10,340 nucleotides of DNA from a bacterium. Lineage in GTDB: Bacteria; JAMCPX01. Under the pieces are notes generated by a model. That model ran no database searches. It was not told the origin of the DNA and saw nothing but the letters and a program-made list of their open reading frames with translations. A program made the translations under genes and the position numbers. Shown here one piece after another: positions 6,395 through 10,340 of the stretch. Each line of letters begins with the position of its first letter. Within the stretch, counting starts at the first letter, position 1. The stretch is from the NCBI GenBank assembly GCA_037439545.1, contig JBBIVV010000052.1, forward strand, positions 1 through 10,340, in the 5' to 3' direction.

Positions 6395-6985
6395 TTATTT
6401 GATAAACATCTGAAGCTTGAGTGCCAGCCCCATATCCCCGCTGATCTTAAGCTTTCCCGACATAAATGCCGTGACTGGATTAATCTGTCCCTTGAGCATG
6501 GCTGAGTATTCTGATGCCTTCATTTTGATGGTGCTTACCGGAATATTTGCATTGTTGAACTGCAGTTTTGCGTTGAACGACTCGCCTGTTTCTCTTGCCA
6601 ATGCAAGGTTCAGAATTCCTTTTACCCCGAGTAAGGAATCATACTTTTTTTTGTTCAGCATGGAAGGGTTAAAGAACATGCCCATGACCGCTTCCCCTCC
6701 TTCCTTCCCGGTTATCGAATCCCGCCAGTCCTGTTCATTTAATTCAAAGCTTATCTGGGGGTCCGGAATACCAGTGGGAATTATCTGCAAATCTGTCCCG
6801 TTCTTTACGATAATTCCGTATGTCGCGATTCTGTCACCGGTTATTTTGAATTGCAGTTTAAAATCAAGGCCACCCATATCCTGAACAGGATTTTGCTTCA
6901 ATTCATCCCTGAATAATTGGGGGACAATCTCTTCAAAGAATTTTTCCACGCCAATATCCCATTGGACTTCGCTGCTATCCATCAT
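6395..6985 (-). CDS. SCP2 sterol/lipid-binding domain protein, apparently two SCP2-like halves
   Basis: C-terminal SCP2 signature GQINPVTAFMSGKLKISGDMGLALKL. The N-half LQFKITG...YGIIVKNG...PDPQISFELNEQDW also looks SCP2-like. AAGGAG RBS (true start may be the second ATG at 6982). Lies 43 nt upstream of fadD, likely one operon. Confidence 0.88.
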   Translation of the reverse strand: MMDSSEVQWDIGVEKFFEEIVPQLFRDELKQNPVQDMGGLDFKLQFKITGDRIATYGIIVKNGTDLQIIPTGIPDPQISFELNEQDWRDSITGKEGGEAVMGMFFNPSMLNKKKYDSLLGVKGILNLALARETGESFNAKLQFNNANIPVSTIKMKASEYSAMLKGQINPVTAFMSGKLKISGDMGLALKLQMFIK

Positions 6986-7025
6986 ATTTCTCCTTTAGAG
7001 AGGTATTGCTTTTCTATAATGCTCC

Positions 7026-7043
7026 CTTGACAAATTTGTCAAG
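7026..7043. promoter_or_regulatory. Perfect 18-bp palindrome, candidate transcription-factor operator
   Basis: CTTGACAAATTTGTCAAG is self-complementary and lies 40 nt upstream of the SCP2 start, in the divergent intergenic region. Confidence 0.6.
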
Positions 7044-7325
7044 CTTTGAAGCGGCTTTTATTTTTTAATGCTTAAATGGTAAATATAGAGTATATGGAAT
7101 ATTCATGAAATATAAGAAAGCAATAAAACGCCTAAGTCACATAAACCCGAAAAATGCATTTGTTAATGGGGGAGTTTGTGCAATGAGCGAGGGGTACCCA
7201 CCCGATACGGGAAGGGTCGCTGCGTCAAACAAAGGTATTCTTCGAATATCCATAGAACGACTGCTACTGGTGTGTGCATATAAACTTACAAAGGACTTAA
7301 AAATCATTTATAGCAACCCCCCTTT

Positions 7326-7390
7326 ATATCTTAGGTGGATCGCAGGATTGAGCCAATGAGCAAACTTCTCTATTGCATTTTTCGGGTTAA
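7326..7390 (+). repeat. 65-bp direct repeat, copy 2 (partner 4257-4321)
   Basis: atatcttaggtggatcgcaggattgagccaatgagcaaacttctctattgcatttttcgggttaa spans the RBS and first codons of the downstream gene. Confidence 0.95.
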
Positions 7391-10223
7391 AAAATTTATA
7401 AAGCCGGTCTTTGTTATTTCAACGGGCTTGTTCTTATTGGTTTCCTGCTCGAGCCCGAAGACTCAAAGCACCTGCAATGCCGCTGATCCTTTCTTTCCCC
7501 AAACCTTTCAGAACTGTGAAACAGGAAGCGGGAATTTCGGTAAATGGATCGTGGACGGCTATGGACTCCCTGCCTATGAATATACCATGGACCAGCAAAC
7601 CGATCCGAGGGCTTTGTTCTGGAATTCCGAAAATATTCCGAGGAGGGACCACTGGCACCAGATCGGGAACAACAGGATACTCGCTCTTGCACGCAACGAC
7701 GGCATCATACAGGTCTTTAATCAGGACAGGGGATATAAATGGCTCAACTGGTTTTCCGAAACGTCCGGCGATTACTCCGGAGGGTTCGGATATATAAAAG
7801 ACGGGAACACGGTATGGTCTACGGCATACAGGTATATGCCGGAAGGAGCGCAGGCAAGCCGGGTTTTCGGTATGGGATATTATCAGGAAACGGCAAACTA
7901 TCATGGTATCGGTGTTACTACCACGACCTTCGCTCCTGCCGGAGATGATCCGCTCATCATTTCAGAAGTCAAGCTCGTCAATACAACTGGAACGGATAAA
8001 TCAATTACTTATTATGAGTATTGGGACGTGAACATCCACCAACTTACCTTTGCACCGATAATGTCGGGCATTTTAAACACCGATATCCCTGCACAGGCAG
8101 AACAGACAAGGACTGTGCTGAACCAGTATTTTACCCAGACTGTCGCAGGGCTTCAGCCAGCAGGCTCATTTACGGTTGAAACAGGATTCAATTTCTCGAA
8201 TACCGGTTCTCTTAACATTCCGGCTTCTCCGGATGCATCCGCTGATTTTGACGCATACCCGTTTCCGATACTTTTTTCTCCATTGTCTGCATATTCTTCT
8301 CTGTCAGGCACAATAGATCTGTCAGCCGGAAGGTATTTTTTCAGCAAGTCAGAGTTCTTCGGCAAAGGCGGACCAGTCAGTCCGGATGCTGCTGTCGACA
8401 ACAGTGTGGGAATGCCTGCTGCGGGCACCATACCGGCTTCACTTCAGAATGTGAATGGATTGGCACAGCCGTTTTGTTTTGTGCACGCCCTGCCTGTCCG
8501 TTTAAATCCCGGTGAAGCTGTGACCATACGATATGTTTACGGGCTTGCACCTACACAAGATGCTACCGCAATGCTCCAGCAGTACAGCAATCCCGGGAAA
8601 GACGTGCTTGGAGATACGGTATCGTGGTGGAAGAACAGGCTCGCATACTTTGCGACTGACAGAAACCCGGTGCTGCATCGCGAGATGGCTTGGCATTCAT
8701 ATTATCTCCAGTCTGCCGGCGGATATTCCCAATACTTCAAGACCCATATCGTAAGCCAGGGCGGTCAGTACCTCTATGGGCACGGTATGGACGGCGCGCC
8801 AAGGGACTTTTCACTTTTTAGTATACCGCTGGTCTATCTCGATCCTGCACGTGCAAAGCAGATGCTGGAAACCATTATGGAGATGACATCGCCTGATGGA
8901 CAGATCGCTTATGCTATTACAGGCTTCGGCGAGACCACTGGTGTGGCGATCCACCAGTCGCCCTCTGATTTGGATATCTTTTTCCTCTGGGCAATCTCAG
9001 AATACCTCATGGCGACAAGGGACAATGGGTTCCTGTATCAGAATATACCGTTTTACTCACCGGGTGGATTATATTTTACAGCGCCTTCAACAGTCCTTGA
9101 TCACGTCCGTCTCAGTCTTTTGCACCTCACGCAGACTGTCGGGTACGGTGAGCACGGGCTTGTTCGTGTGCTGGATGGTGACTGGAACGACGGTATCCTT
9201 ATTTTTTCACCGAATAGCAGTGTGACTTCTCAGTATGGAGAATCGGACTTCAATACCGCATTTGCCGCAACAGTCCTGCCATTGGCTGCCCAGGCCATTT
9301 CAGGCAGTGACCCTACGACCACTGCTGAGCTTTTGTCCGTAGCGCAAAATCTCAAAGATGTGATGATGTCGCAGTGGACAGGCAGGTGGTTTCTGAGAGG
9401 ATGGCTCGGTAACGGGCAAAGCCTCGGCGCTGATCAGCTCTTTCTTGAACCCCAGCCGTTTGCTATTATCGACGGTTTTGCGAGCCCTGCCCAGCAGCAA
9501 ACACTTATTCATTCTCTCGAGAGTGTACTGGACAACCCTTCGCCTGCCGGTGCATTAATCCTCTCTCCTCCATCGTATGCATTACAGAGCTCTATTGAGA
9601 GCGGGGAACTGAAACCCGGGATGGACATCAACGGGGGCATCTGGCCTGCAATGAATGCATTTTTAACATGGGCATGTTTTATCGCAAACCCGGGGCTGGG
9701 GTGGAATTCATTGAACAAGAATACGTTTGCAACCCACGCAACGGTCTATCCGGACATCTGGTATGGTATATGGACGGGCCCTGATTCGTTTAATTCTCCG
9801 TCCAGTGAAAGGCCAGGACAAGCAGCAGCAAGCCTTACGACAGCGCTCACCGATTTTCCGGCAATGAATGCCAATCAGGACAGCAGCCCGTTAATCGCGC
9901 TTATCAAAGGAGGAGCAGGGATAACACCCGGACAAAACGGGATCCAATTCTCTCCTCGTTTTCCTTTGAATGAATGGGCACTCAACCTTCCTTTGATCGG
10001 TATCACAGTCAGTCCTACGGAGGTATCCGGATATTATAACGGCGTAGTAAACGGGTCTATGGAGTTGACCGTGCCTGTCCCGTCGCAGGTAAAGCCGGCT
10101 TTATTGGGGATCATTGTGGACGGGGTGCAGACCGGTTTTGCAATCACGGGGAATACGGTGTCGTTCACAATCCCATTCAGTCCAGGTCAAACCACGACGT
10201 GGTCTGTTACAACTGCGCATTGA
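7356..10223 (+). CDS. GH94-like (cellobiose phosphorylase-like) glycoside hydrolase/phosphorylase with a predicted lipoprotein signal
   Basis: Motifs GAPRD, SDLDIFFLWAISEY, GEHGL...DGDWND (DWND at 9180-9191), GES, WTGRWFLRG, LFLEPQPFAI and NGGIW match the GH94-type (alpha/alpha)6 barrel. ATG 7356 preferred over GTG 7335 (AGGA at 7344-7347). Basic N-region, hydrophobic stretch and LVS-C (Cys 7446-7448). Confidence 0.8.
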   Translation: MSKLLYCIFRVKKFIKPVFVISTGLFLLVSCSSPKTQSTCNAADPFFPQTFQNCETGSGNFGKWIVDGYGLPAYEYTMDQQTDPRALFWNSENIPRRDHWHQIGNNRILALARNDGIIQVFNQDRGYKWLNWFSETSGDYSGGFGYIKDGNTVWSTAYRYMPEGAQASRVFGMGYYQETANYHGIGVTTTTFAPAGDDPLIISEVKLVNTTGTDKSITYYEYWDVNIHQLTFAPIMSGILNTDIPAQAEQTRTVLNQYFTQTVAGLQPAGSFTVETGFNFSNTGSLNIPASPDASADFDAYPFPILFSPLSAYSSLSGTIDLSAGRYFFSKSEFFGKGGPVSPDAAVDNSVGMPAAGTIPASLQNVNGLAQPFCFVHALPVRLNPGEAVTIRYVYGLAPTQDATAMLQQYSNPGKDVLGDTVSWWKNRLAYFATDRNPVLHREMAWHSYYLQSAGGYSQYFKTHIVSQGGQYLYGHGMDGAPRDFSLFSIPLVYLDPARAKQMLETIMEMTSPDGQIAYAITGFGETTGVAIHQSPSDLDIFFLWAISEYLMATRDNGFLYQNIPFYSPGGLYFTAPSTVLDHVRLSLLHLTQTVGYGEHGLVRVLDGDWNDGILIFSPNSSVTSQYGESDFNTAFAATVLPLAAQAISGSDPTTTAELLSVAQNLKDVMMSQWTGRWFLRGWLGNGQSLGADQLFLEPQPFAIIDGFASPAQQQTLIHSLESVLDNPSPAGALILSPPSYALQSSIESGELKPGMDINGGIWPAMNAFLTWACFIANPGLGWNSLNKNTFATHATVYPDIWYGIWTGPDSFNSPSSERPGQAAASLTTALTDFPAMNANQDSSPLIALIKGGAGITPGQNGIQFSPRFPLNEWALNLPLIGITVSPTEVSGYYNGVVNGSMELTVPVPSQVKPALLGIIVDGVQTGFAITGNTVSFTIPFSPGQTTTWSVTTAH

Positions 10224-10340
10224 GTCGGAATGCCCATCGTGGAGGGTTTCAACAAGTGGCAGTAAAATACATAATGTGTTGAATATATAGACTATTATAA
10301 TTCATAAGCATTAAAGTTAAATGTAGGGTTCAATAAGGTA

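Noticed and set aside
5045..6884. Overlapping ORFs within fadD and SCP2, including 5596..6348 (250 aa)
   Set aside because: Shadow frames of strongly supported genes, with no motifs.
7185..7225. Riboswitch or ncRNA at the GC-rich stem ACCC-A-CCCG-ATA-CGGG-AA-GGGT
   Set aside because: A modest hairpin only, with no riboswitch consensus I recognise. An Rfam scan would settle it.
7105..7359. 84-aa ORF upstream of the GH94-like gene
   Set aside because: No clear RBS or domain, and it runs across the direct-repeat junction. It cannot be fully excluded.
7411..9718. Short ORFs nested in the GH94-like gene
   Set aside because: Shadow frames without supporting features.

Overview
Bacterial window that appears to cross the edge of a decayed genomic island. 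The left part (1-~1620) holds two unrelated, 5'-truncated IS3-family transposase remnants pointing outward. Between them is an intact small secreted Ala/Pro/Lys low-complexity protein gene with a putative sigma54-type promoter (tandem upstream sites, IHF box, -24/-12) and an intrinsic terminator. An XRE-type HTH pseudogene and an isolated tRNA-Ser 3' end with an adjacent IHF box (probable att site) follow. The right part encodes a lipoprotein with IPT/TIG and 8-bladed PQQ-like beta-propeller domains, then a non-coding mosaic made of copies of two gene starts. Next is a minus-strand SCP2 + long-chain acyl-CoA ligase pair bracketed by 65-bp direct repeats, and a large GH94-like glycoside hydrolase/phosphorylase with a lipoprotein signal. 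No CRISPR array, complete RNA gene, integrase or reverse transcriptase is seen. All family calls come from motif recognition by eye, not database searches.
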